DNA of 61,380 nucleotides, filler included, from Gonapodya sp. JEL0774 (GCA_027604505.1; 15 parts of 15 records of this genome joined end to end with filler, not necessarily neighbours in it); one strand, 5' to 3'. Positions 11,409 to 21,461 are shown, counted from the whole stretch's first letter. Numbers and translations are program-made. Notes: generated by a model not told the origin, from the letters alone.

Positions 11409-12375
11409 GTGAGTATGCTGTCGAGGTTGTTCGAAACTAGAGAAGCCGGGGGGACTGGGGAGGGAAGAGAGGAACCGGGACATAACAACAGCTACTGGAC
11501 TGGGCCACGTGCATTCAAGCAGTATCGATACAGGCCCTGCCAGCGTTGGCTATTCGCACTCTTTGCACTTTTGTTGCCTCCACGTCGCCTGCCGAGGGAC
11601 AGTCGATTCTTTACTTCGAGACCCACACACCCCGGCACCCCGGATCGGGTCGAAGTTCTCCTCCACCCACCACACACTAGCATCTTTTTGTCTCGTCGAA
11701 CCCGGCGCTGGAACCAACCCTGCCGAAACGATTCGTCTGGCTCTGCACTGCCACTGACGGGAAAGTGTTGCTTCTGTTGCATAGATGGTGGATCGGGGAA
11801 TGGTCGACTACTCTGCAGCTGGACCGCTTTCATCGGTGTCGGTGAACCCGGTTCTTTTGTTCCATCCCCGACTCTGCGGTCGGTCCTTTTTTTCCCCTTG
11901 ACTCTCTCGTTTCGACATAAGCGTTGTCCGTCCTTCCCCCGAAATCGCGAATCGCCTTTTTGTCACGGTGGGCTGGGCTGAGGGCAAATGGCTTGCTTGG
12001 CCCGACGGTGAACTTGCGAGCTCCGACTCTTTGGGTTGGTTCGAACGACTCTGCCCCCTGCTCGATGGAGCGGCACGCGGGACAGCAGGCGACACGGTTG
12101 AAGCTGTCTCTCGTTTGTCCTCCCAGTCACGGTTTCGACTTTTGTTTCGCTATCGTGTTCGCGGGGAGGAAAGAAATTCGAAGTCTAGGCTCGAGACCAA
12201 ATTCCTGTGGGATATCCTGACGAGTTGGCGGTGTCCTTCAACTGGTGCACGCACACGTTTGATGTTCTTCTTTCCNNNNNNNNNNNNNNNNNNNNNNNNN
12301 NNNNNNNNNNNNNNNNNNNTTAATTAATTAANNNNNNNNNNNNNNNNNNNNNNNNNNNNNNNNNNNNNNNNNNNN

Positions 12376-13961
12376 CCCCCCCTCCCTCACATCCCCCGTT
12401 GCCATCCACAAGCCCGGTTTATCAAACCCCACCGCCACCACGCCCACCACCCCCTCCCCCTCCCGCTTGCCGTTTTCCTCGGCGGTCTCCCTCGGGCTGA
12501 CCCAATTCCCCGGCACGACTTCCACCTCCCCGGCACTCCGCTGGCCACGCACGTCCCACATCTGCAGCGCACCTCGGAGCGCGGGGAGGGCGAGGTACCC
12601 CGACCGCGGGTCCACCACCAGCTCCCCGCGGGTGTTGGTGGTGGTGGTTGCCCCCCCCGCGCCCGCAGCCCCAGCCACCCCGACCCCGACTTTGGGCTGC
12701 TCCACCGCGGCCCTCACGGCGCCCGACACGGCCGACAAGATCTTGACGGTGCCGTCGTCGATGGTGATGGCGTGGTACTTGCCGTCCGGGGATATGGACA
12801 CCGAGGTGATGGGCCCGCCCAGGCGGGGGAGGAAGGACCGGGTGCCCGATGGGACGTGCCAGGTGACCAGGACGGATTCGGAGCCGGCGGAGAGGAGGTA
12901 GGTGCCTAGGGAGAGGGGGGGGGGGGGGGGGGTTAGGGTTGTGTTGGGGTGGGNNNNNNNNNNGGGGGCCCCCCCCCCCCCCGCCGGGCCGGCGCCGCCC
13001 CCCCCGCGCCCCCCGCGCCCCCCCCCCCCGCCGCGGCGCCCCCCCCGCCCCGGGGGGGGTGGGGGAGGGAGTGAAGGGGCCGGAAAAGGGTCAGGAGATC
13101 GCAAAGGGTCTGGCCACTCGAACCACTCGAACCACTCGAACCACTCGAACCACTCGAACCACTCGAACCACTCCTCTCTTCCCACCCATTCAGTCCCCCA
13201 CACGCCTTACACCCCCTTAACCCCTTACCCCCTTACCCCCATACAACCCAACCCACCTCCCCCCCCCCACACCACCCCCGCGACCGCCCTCGCATGCCAA
13301 TGCAACCCCTCCTGGACCGGCCTTTCCCTTTCCCTTTCCCTCTGCCCCGTCCCGCCCGTCCCGGCCATCCCGCCCTGCCTCCCGCCCGCCCCAGCCTTTC
13401 CGTCCACGCCCCCCGTCATCACATACACCATTCTGATCCTGCCCTTTGCATCCCCGAGCGCGACACACCCGTCCACGGGGTGCACGGCCATGGTGGTGAT
13501 GGCGGTGGGGAACAGGTACATGCGGGGGCGGGGCCCGGGGTGCGGGATGGGGGGGGATGGGGAGGTGGCGGGAACTGGGGACGGGCGGTGGTAGACCCAC
13601 AGCTTGCGGTCGTGGGCGGTGAGGATCCAGTGGCCAGAGGGGTGGACAGAGAGGTGGGAAACGCGGGGGTGCGGGGTGCGGGAGAGGGGGGTGAGGCGGA
13701 GGGTGGGGAGGTGGAGGTGGGCCAGGAGTAGGGGGCTGAAAGGGTAGGTTGGGTTGGGGTGGGGGGTTGGGGGGGGGATGTTAGGGGAGGAGGTGAGTGA
13801 GTGAGGAGGGAAGAGGGGTCGGCGGAAGAGGGGAAAGGGGAGAAGGGAGGAGGGAGGGTAGGGGAGAGAACATGGGTGGGGCCATGCAACCACGCCAGAC
13901 CACAACCCACGCACGTAGGGCACCAGAACACAGCAGAACCCCCCGCAACCCGACCCCGCAA

Positions 13962-13992
<31 letters not shown>

Positions 13993-15078
13993 TTGACCCG
14001 ACCGCGACCGGACCGACCCCGATCCTCCACCACACCCCACCACCAGCACACACCACACCAACCCACTCCGACACTCTTTCACCACCACCCTACCACTCAC
14101 CTCTTTACGTCCCTTTCCCTGTTCCTGTCCCTGTTTCTGTCCTTATCCTGGTCCAGGTCCTTGTCCTTGTCGGTTCCACTGTCCCCATCTCCATCTGCAT
14201 GTCCATCTGCATCTCCATCTCCATCTGCATCTGCATCTGCCCCCGCGTCCACGTCCACGTCCGCGTCCACGGCCGCCTTCTTGCCCCTCCCCCTCTTCCG
14301 CCGCTTGGTGGTGGTGCCACCCTTGCCGCCGACCACGACCCACCCCGAGGCAGCAAAGTCCGCGTCAGGGCCAGCCAGGTCAGCGTGGTCAGCGTGGGCG
14401 TCGTGCAGGTCCCGGTAATCCCGGTAATCCCTCTCACAGTGGGTCAAGACCGACCAGCCCGGGACGTGCCAGGTGTGGCGGAGGAGAGAGTTGGAGTTGG
14501 CGGCGGTGTAGTCCCAGAGGCGGACTGATGCGTCTGAGTAGAAAGCGAAGAGGAGGGAGGGATTGGAGGGGTGGAGGTGGAGGGCGATGGGGGAGGGAGG
14601 GGAGGGAGGGGAGGTGGGAGGGGTGTGCGGGTGTGCAGGTGCGGGTGCGGGAGTGGAGGAGGGGAAGGGGGAGGGGGAGTAGGAGGTTGGTGAGTTGAGG
14701 TGTGAGTGGGATTGGGGTGCAGGGTGGTGTGGAGGAGTGGAGAGGGAGGTGGAGGGCGGGGCATTGGAAGGGAGTGTTGGTGGAGGAATGGCGAGGGTGC
14801 GAATGAGCTGGGACGTGGAGGAGGAGTACACGCGGATTGAGGAAGAAGCGGGGAGGAAGAACGAGCTTTAAGGAGGGAGTGAGTGGATGGGAAGAAGGGA
14901 GTGGGAGTGTGAGATGGCTGGGTGGACAAGGTGTCGATCGAGAGAGAGAAGGAAGAAAGTCAGCAAGTCACCTTGCATCATGGGAAAACACGACGCCCAG
15001 TCGACCGGGAGAAGCCCTTGAGCCACCGCCGATTGGGATTGCAGATGCGTGAGCGGGTGCAGAGCGTCTCATGTTCAT
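12376..15078 (-). CDS. UTP17: U3 snoRNP/t-UTP WD40 protein Utp17/Nan1 (WDR75), N-terminal part
   Basis: GGGS..VVFSHDA; MAVHPVDGCVALGDAKGRI; LHWHARAV; YLLSAGSESVLVTW..G.RSFLPRLGGPITSVSISPDG; low-complexity insertions. Confidence 0.85.
13114..13173. repeat. Perfect 9-nt tandem repeat (CCACTCGAA)x6.7 in a UTP17 intron
   Basis: Read directly from the sequence. Confidence 0.95.
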
Positions 15079-15985
15079 GTGGGGTGGGGGTGAGTCAGAG
15101 GGGGGACGGGTGGGGAGGGGGGAGTGGGAGAGTGGGAGAGTGGGAGGGGAGGGGAGAGACGGGGAGGCAGGGGAGTGGGAGAGTGCGGGTGATGCACTGA
15201 TGCAACTGATGCCCGATTCTGCCTGGTCTGGTGGGCGCCTCTGCCTGTCTGACTGTCTGATGTGTCTCGAGTCTGTGTGTCTAAGCCTGTCCTGTCCAGT
15301 CACCCGCACAATTGGAGAAAACGAGCTCCCCTTCTGACCACAGCACATCCCTGTCTGGCTTCCCTTTGGTCTGCACGCTCCATCTCCCTCGCCCCCTCCC
15401 CTCCCTCCCTTCCCTCCTTCCTCTCCCTCTCCCTCTTCCCAAACACCTCAACCCTCCCCTTCTTGCTCCTTCCCTTTCACTCCCATCCCCTTTTCTGTCT
15501 CTTTTCTGTCTTCCCTTTCTTTGTTTCCCCTCATACCCCCCGCCCCAATCATCTCGTCCTGCACACAGGACCGGGCAAGGAAAACACAGCTCACAAAGGG
15601 TGACCGCCGGGGGGTCACCACCGCATCTGCCATCCCCGGTCTTGTATCTGAGAGACAGGGGGTAACCGACCGAACACCACCATCGTCCTCTTTGATGACG
15701 TGTGGTCCACCTTCCCCCCTGGCCCCTGTGATCCCGTGAAACATGAAACGTAAAATCCATTTCCTGTTGTTGTTTTTCTTTTTCTTTTTCTTTTTTTGGT
15801 CACTCTACACCCTTTCTTCTCTTTCTGAGACAGTCAAAGGGGTGTTCTGCCATATCTGTTCTCATCCATGTGTTCCGTCGTCATCCGTGCATTTCGGCCA
15901 TGAACCTCGATTCACCAAACGCATCCTTCACCATACCATCTCACCTCTCTTCCGTTCTTCTTCCGTACTCCGTGACAGGGTTTCT

Positions 15986-16026
<41 letters not shown>

Positions 16027-16556
16027 AACATTGTCAACTTGCTCTTTGTTTGGGTCTGTGTGTGGCTCTTTCCCTCTGAAGAAAGAGTCAGACACCTGAC
16101 CTGTGACCCACTGCAGCAACTGCTTGTGCCTTCTTTTGTGGCCAAATTCACCAATTCATCCTCTCCATGAACTCAGCAGTTTGGATTGTGTGTGTGCTTT
16201 TTTTGGGGCCCAGTGTGTGGCTATCCTCTCTCCCAGACATTGTCACTTGGGTTCAGAAGAAAGCCCATTGGAAAGCAAGATGGTCACACCTGTACAGATC
16301 AACTCACGCCCTGACAAATCGAATACGAACCGAATATGAACGTAATCATAATCGCCCTTTTCGAACAAGCGAACATGATTCTGGAGTTTGTATNNNNNNN
16401 NNNNNNNNNNNNNNNNNNNNNNNNNNNNNNNNNNNNNTTAATTAATTAANNNNNNNNNNNNNNNNNNNNNNNNNNNNNNNNNNNNNNNNNNNNGAAAGCG
16501 ACAAGAACAAAAGAAGAAAACCAGAGAATCCACGGAGCCAGACGCCGGCCACCAGG

Positions 16557-19436
16557 TCACACCCACGCCCGACGCGCCACGTCCCACTGACCAACCGTCC
16601 CAAACCACCACTCTCCCAAATTACCCGCCCCGCGCAAGTTCCGCGAATCGCCGTGCCTGCACCAGCCTGTCAGAGACTGGGAGGCGAAGGTACACCAGGA
16701 AGGCATCTGACTGCCAGTCGCCCAGGATCCGGATCCAAGAGTCGGGCGTTCCAACGGAAGCGGCAAAGACAGCGCCAGAGGCCCGGAAGCTATGCCAGGT
16801 GATGACACCTGATGCGGGGACAAGGCCAGCAAGAGAGACGAGACGGCGAAGAGAGGACTCGAGCCAATTGTAGGTGATGGGCAGCGCCGAGGCTGCAGAG
16901 GCAAAGCTGCAAAGGTGAGAATACGCGCGGGCAGGGTCGATGAGCGACCCGGGGATGGCGACCAGCGGTTGGGTGACGACCCGAGAGCGATCCTGGATGG
17001 TCTTCGATCCCCGGACCCTGCGCCAGAGGACGTCCCCAGACGGACTGAGCCAGAGATCCTCCCAGAGGAGCGCCCTCCACCGCAGATCAGCGGACTTGAC
17101 CCCAAGGTTGGACTTGCGGTAAAGGCCCGTGAATGCGACTGAGATGACAAGCCAGAGGACCGAGTCCCCGAGCTGCGTGAGATCAAGTGCGTCGAGGAGA
17201 CGGCTGACGTCGCCAATTGATAAGACTGATGCATGCTTGGGGGGTTCGCCCTTGGTGCGCGAGATCGCGCGGAGCAGATGTTTGAACTGCCAGTCCCCTC
17301 CCCAGGAGACTGGCAGGCGGTGTCGATCATGAAACGACTTGAGGCCTCCGACGTAGTTATGGACGGAGGCGGGCTTGAGCGAGCGGGAGAGGAGGAGGAC
17401 CCAGTTCCAGACTGCGTGGAATGGGGCCGGCAGGGTGGGGGTGATGTGGAAGTAGATACAGAACCGCATGTAGGAGTGGAGGTGGCTTCTGTAGGAAGAG
17501 GATGTCGAGGTGGCGAGAAAGGCGGAGGCGTAATAGGCAGACTCAGGTCCGAATTCTGCTGCTGCAGAAACGAGGGAAGGGGGAGATTGACAGCGTTAGC
17601 AAATTCAGAGAACCGCCACCGCGAAAGACTATCCGCGAGGAAATTGTCCGAGCCAGCCAGATGCACCGCTGAGAGGCGGAAATTGTAGCGTGCTGACAAG
17701 AAAAAGAGATCCCGCAAAGTGTCCATCACACGAGGGTTCCCACGAGCAGTGCCCGTGTTGATCCATGACAAGGCAGCTGACGAATCCGTGCGAATCCGAA
17801 CCCAGAGGCCCGACAGGGAGGGAGCGAGGTGAGAGATGGCGGAGTGAATGCAAGCAAGCTCGAGAATATTGATGTGGGCGCCGTCCAGAGACTGCTCGAA
17901 CCACCCTGATTGAAAATCAACAACGGACCATCCGGCGTAAATGCCAGATCGAACGATCAAGGGTTGGGGGGCCGGAATGTGCAGCTCAGGCGGAAGAGAA
18001 GCGGGGATAAGATCAAGAGAGGACCAAAGCGCAGTAGAGGACACCTCACCCGCAGGGGGAGGCGCGGGGGGGGCAACTGATGTGCGTTGAGAGGATCCCG
18101 GGTCGTGGATTCCCCCCGGCCTTTGGGTCCTACTTGAGCCAGAACATGAAGGCGGGGCTTCCAGCCACACCCAGCCAAAGCCTGCGGACGTAGCAGCGTC
18201 GGTCTGAAGAACACCGGAAGCCCATGGGCGCGACAGATCGTAGAGAGGCCAGACGCCTTGAGAGGATGGGAGGTAGTCGAGCCACCACTGTAGGTCCTTG
18301 CGGACGTCGGACGTGACGCGGGTGCGGTGATAAGGACGGCAGAGAGAGCAGGTCAGGTCGATCAAGCGCCGCACAAAGGTGCGGCCCCCATGGACCACGT
18401 CTGAAATGTGCGAGAGGTAGCCCATGAGACGCTCCAAAAAGCGGCGAGTGAGCTTAGCGGCGGAGATGGCGGAGCGAAGGAGATCGAGGATGAGGGCGAG
18501 ACGGGGAGGGGGAATCGTGATCGACCACGAGACAGTGTCATAGATGAACCCAAGAACCTTGGCAGAAGTAGACGGGGGTTGGTCCTTGGGGAGATTCGGG
18601 GGAAGACCAAGAGATTTGAGGACCGAACCGAGGGTATCAAATTCGGAAGCGGCCGAAAGAGCAGAGGGGTGCACGATAGGAAAATCATCCAAGTAGATCA
18701 ACGTAAGAAAAACACCGTAATTGAACTTCAAAAACAAACGAATAACCTTCCCAATCGCAGAAAAAATGAAACAAGCTTTACGAATTCCGAACGACAAACG
18801 GGTGTCCATGCAGTAGCCGAAGTCAGGATGAAAGACGTAGTAATACGAGTACTCGTCTGGATGTATGTGAACGTGTCGGTAGGCTGACTCGACGTCTTGA
18901 ACCGAAATCAAGCAACTGGGACCCGCATCCACGATCGCACGCCGCAGCACATCGTGACTCTCGTATTCTACTGTCGCCTCCTGACACCTTGCATTAGGCC
19001 CCAAACCATCTGGCTTGCTGCAGTCGGTAATGATCCGGAACGTGCCCTTGGAGGCGTCCTTGACAATGGGACCCTGGCCGTTCACACGACGCGCCTGCCC
19101 CTTGCAAGCAGGGATATACCTGCCCAAAGCTATGTCCTTCTGAAACGCAGACCGTAAGGCATCTCCCCCGGGCCCCGACAAACCGAAATTAGAAGACTCC
19201 AAAGCAAGCCCCGGGCACAGGTCATCCAAGCCCAGGTCAAAAGTCCGAAAACCAAACTGAACACCCTGCCAAACGTAATCAACCAAAGAAAGTTCCTCAG
19301 AAGACAGCAAACTGCAATCCAAACGATCCAATTCAAACTTCCAACCCTCCACATTCAAAGAGTCATTTGTTCGCACTAGCTTGCGCGGGGTCTCCCCCAG
19401 GGGAGAAATTCCCACGCCGACACCCCAGGTGGAAGG
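16557..19436 (-). CDS. Reverse transcriptase-RNase H (pol) of the Ngaro element
   Basis: FRIITD, QDVESAYRH, LSFG, IYLDDF, LGF; RNase H TDA, HINILEL, RTDS, NFLADSLSR. In the -1 frame relative to gag. Confidence 0.93.
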   Translation of the reverse strand, partial: PSTWGVGVGISPLGETPRKLVRTNDSLNVEGWKFELDRLDCSLLSSEELSLVDYVWQGVQFGFRTFDLGLDDLCPGLALESSNFGLSGPGGDALRSAFQKDIALGRYIPACKGQARRVNGQGPIVKDASKGTFRIITDCSKPDGLGPNARCQEATVEYESHDVLRRAIVDAGPSCLISVQDVESAYRHVHIHPDEYSYYYVFHPDFGYCMDTRLSFGIRKACFIFSAIGKVIRLFLKFNYGVFLTLIYLDDFPIVHPSALSAASEFDTLGSVLKSLGLPPNLPKDQPPSTSAKVLGFIYDTVSWSITIPPPRLALILDLLRSAISAAKLTRRFLERLMGYLSHISDVVHGGRTFVRRLIDLTCSLCRPYHRTRVTSDVRKDLQWWLDYLPSSQGVWPLYDLSRPWASGVLQTDAATSAGFGWVWLEAPPSCSGSSRTQRPGGIHDPGSSQRTSVAPPAPPPAGEVSSTALWSSLDLIPASLPPELHIPAPQPLIVRSGIYAGWSVVDFQSGWFEQSLDGAHINILELACIHSAISHLAPSLSGLWVRIRTDSSAALSWINTGTARGNPRVMDTLRDLFFLSARYNFRLSAVHLAGSDNFLADSLSRWRFSEFANAVNLPLPSFLQQQNSDLSLPITPPPFSPPRHPLPTEATSTPTCGSVSTSTSPPPCRPHSTQSGTGSSSSPARSSPPPSITTSEASSRFMIDTACQSPGEGTGSSNICSARSRAPRANPPSMHQSYQLATSAVSSTHLISRSSGTRSSGLSSQSHSRAFTASPTLGSSPLICGGGRSSGRISGSVRLGTSSGAGSGDRRPSRIALGSSPNRWSPSPGRSSTLPARILTFAALPLQPRRCPSPTIGSSPLFAVSSLLLALSPHQVSSPGIASGPLALSLPLPLERPTLGSGSWATGSQMPSWCTFASQSLTGWCRHGDSRNLRGAGNLGEWWFGTVGQWDVARRAWV
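16621..17595 (-). CDS. Tyrosine recombinase of the Ngaro element
   Basis: Complete catalytic set: R (GLYRKSN), K (SKT), HxxR (HSFR), W (GDWQS), Y (VY). The frame opens after TAA 17598-17596; the first ATG is only at 17469. Confidence 0.92.
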   Translation of the reverse strand, partial: RCQSPPSLVSAAAEFGPESAYYASAFLATSTSSSYRSHLHSYMRFCIYFHITPTLPAPFHAVWNWVLLLSRSLKPASVHNYVGGLKSFHDRHRLPVSWGGDWQFKHLLRAISRTKGEPPKHASVLSIGDVSRLLDALDLTQLGDSVLWLVISVAFTGLYRKSNLGVKSADLRWRALLWEDLWLSPSGDVLWRRVRGSKTIQDRSRVVTQPLVAIPGSLIDPARAYSHLCSFASAASALPITYNWLESSLRRLVSLAGLVPASGVITWHSFRASGAVFAASVGTPDSWIRILGDWQSDAFLVYLRLPVSDRLVQARRFAELARGG

Positions 19437-20506
19437 CTAATGCCCCCAATACTCCCACCTGGGGAACTTCCCCCACTCATGCCTGCCCGCCGGCCCCCCC
19501 CCCGCGGTGGAGCGGCAGGGAGACCAGCGACAGGGGCCCCGATCAAACCAACAGAGCCACCCTGGGGGGCCCCAGCAGCAGCAGCAGGCACATTACACTC
19601 AAACGCGGGATGGCGACCACGGCACCTACGACACACGTGCGGGTACCTGCACTCGGCGCGGGTGCATCCATCTCGACCATTGTACTTGTGACAGTACAGC
19701 TCCTTCTTCTTCTCGCCACTCGGGTCAAGGCGATCAAAGTCCTTCGAGGCCCACAGTCTACCGCGACAAGCATCTTCAAAAAGGCGATCGAAGGATTGCC
19801 AGATGCGCAGATCATCGAACGAGAAACCGGTCACTCGCTGGACCGTGCGAATGAAGTCGTCCATGACAACGATCTGCGGGAACGCGAGACTGTACTTATT
19901 CTGCAGGACTTGTAATCGACTAATGTACGCGCGCTGCCCGTCGGCAGGGACGCCGAAATGCTGGAGAGACCGGATCAGGTTGAAGGAAGCAACCCAGAAT
20001 TGGGCCATAGTGCCGTGTTTGATCAGGATGGGGGAGTGGACCGTGTCGGAGGAGAGGTCGAAATCTTTGCCAAGAAGGAACGAGAGCTCGCGAGCAACGG
20101 AGAAATGCTTGAAGTCGCCTCGATCGTCCCACTTGTAAGGGCCGGCAGGCAGACGATCCGGGATGTAGAGAGAACTCCGGAGGCGCACCGGCAGCTTTTC
20201 CATGACTGCCCCCATGAAATTAGCCCACTCACCAATGAGAGGGCCAGCACCAAGAGCAGGATCGACAGAAGCCGGAACATCGCGACGGATCGCTGCCTCA
20301 ATGGAAGCCACGTCAACCGCAGCAGCGAGATCGGAGAGGCGGAGGTTGCCTGAGGGAACAACAGGAGTCTCCAGAGGGTCAGAAGGATTCGTGAAGGACG
20401 GGGGGGGTAGGTCAGAAGGAGGTGCGGACGGTGGAGGAGGATGAGTAGGACGGGAAAGGGGGACAGTGGCACCAACCGAGGGGACCACTCGGAGGGAGGC
20501 CACCTC
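19376..20506 (-). CDS. Gag-like ORF1 of the Ngaro element (5'-truncated)
   Basis: More than 375 open codons; C-terminal double Zn finger followed by a Gly/Arg-rich tail. Confidence 0.8.
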   Translation of the reverse strand, partial: EVASLRVVPSVGATVPLSRPTHPPPPSAPPSDLPPPSFTNPSDPLETPVVPSGNLRLSDLAAAVDVASIEAAIRRDVPASVDPALGAGPLIGEWANFMGAVMEKLPVRLRSSLYIPDRLPAGPYKWDDRGDFKHFSVARELSFLLGKDFDLSSDTVHSPILIKHGTMAQFWVASFNLIRSLQHFGVPADGQRAYISRLQVLQNKYSLAFPQIVVMDDFIRTVQRVTGFSFDDLRIWQSFDRLFEDACRGRLWASKDFDRLDPSGEKKKELYCHKYNGRDGCTRAECRYPHVCRRCRGRHPAFECNVPAAAAGAPQGGSVGLIGAPVAGLPAAPPRGGGRRAGMSGGSSPGGSIGGISLPPGVSAWEFLPWGRPRAS

Positions 20507-20745
20507 NNNNNNNNNNNNNNNNNNNNNNNNNNNNNNNNNNNNNNNNNNNNTTAATTAATTAANNNNNNNNNNNNNNNNNNNNNNNNNNNNNNNNNNNNNN
20601 NNNNNNTGAATCACCGTGAAAGAATGTCAGACGGTATTGAATCTGTCTAATAAACTAAGAAAACCTCCGACTAGATTCTAGGACCGCTGTAGCAATGACC
20701 TGGGACCACAATGAATATCCTTCCCTCCTATTCAACTCAACTCAC

Positions 20746-21164
20746 CTCGGTTATCGACGATGAGCTTGTCCATTCCCCGCGGCCCCAACGTTGTCCGAAT
20801 GGTATCCGCGATTGCAATACAGGCATTGATGTTATGAAGCAGCTGACCTCGGCCCTGGGAAGTGTCCGTTCCTTCCCTGAGCAGGATAATTTGGGGTTGC
20901 TGGCGTGTTTGCGGATTCGTACGGAGGAGTGGGATTCGAGGTTAGTTGGTGAAGCAAGCCACTCTATCGCCGACATTAGATGAAGGGCAGCACGATAGAC
21001 GAGCTCAGAGTGAGAAAATCGTCAATCCCCGGCTCCTCCGTTCTTTCCTCTTGGGTGGATATTGAAAGCCTTTTAATTCACGCCGTCGTTGAGATAAAGC
21101 CTGTCCATGGCTCTGTACGCGATTTATTCGGCAAAGTGTTTTTGAATCTCACCATCATGGCCAT
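20746..21164 (-). CDS. CCT7: T-complex protein 1 subunit eta, first two exons
   Basis: MAMM (21164-21153) | intron 20900-21152 | [49 protein letters not shown]. Not captured by the ORF track. Confidence 0.92.
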
Positions 21165-21461
21165 GGTGGGTAAGTATATTGAATGGGGGAAGGGGAAGAA
21201 GCGAGAAGAGTCCACAATAATGGCAGCTCCTGACCAAAGAGACCAACCAAGCTGCACAAATGGAAGAGAAACGGTATCCCCGGTTTTTGACCGTCGTGGT
21301 GGAATGCAGTCCAATTAATTAATGTGGTGGTATTTGTGATATTTTTGGGGGGTTATGTGAAACAACTCAACGGATGCAAGTTAAATTAATTACTGTATAC
21401 ACCATGCTCATGTGTAGTAGTTTTAATGAGAGTCTCAAGGCTGGCACGCAATATATGTAAT

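Larger units (their letters stand above)
16494..20506 (-). mobile_element. Ngaro/DIRS-type tyrosine-recombinase retrotransposon, ORFs intact, termini not captured
   Basis: Three overlapping ORFs in the order gag, RT-RNase H, YR. No LTR-type integrase or protease. The gag Zn finger CHKYN..C..C..H.C..C...H...C is Ngaro-like. Confidence 0.92.

Noticed and set aside
11409..12275. RNase P/MRP, SRP, U3, snR30 or telomerase RNA in the RPS18 intron
   Set aside because: Diagnostic motifs (CR-I/CR-V, m1/m2, template repeat) were not found.
13114..13173. CRISPR-like array, heat-shock element or WFE/SNH peptide repeat
   Set aside because: No spacers, no inverted nGAAn units, and it lies in an intron; a simple minisatellite.
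13205..13240. (CCCCTTA)n as telomeric repeat
   Set aside because: Only 3-4 degenerate internal copies within an intron G-tract.
12387..16154. Numerous overlapping and antisense ORFs in the ORF track
   Set aside because: Shadows of GC-rich low-complexity sequence; the same applies at 52166-57083.
17906..18049. RNase H insertion as a simple spliceosomal intron
   Set aside because: The in-phase GT-AG pair removes only part of the insert and cuts into the conserved FQxxW strand.
20607..21152. C/D snoRNAs in CCT7 introns (TTGACGA..CTGA; ..ATACCGTCTGA)
   Set aside because: No convincing C box or rRNA complement of 10 nt or more recognised; intron 2 is truncated. Still worth a snoscan run.
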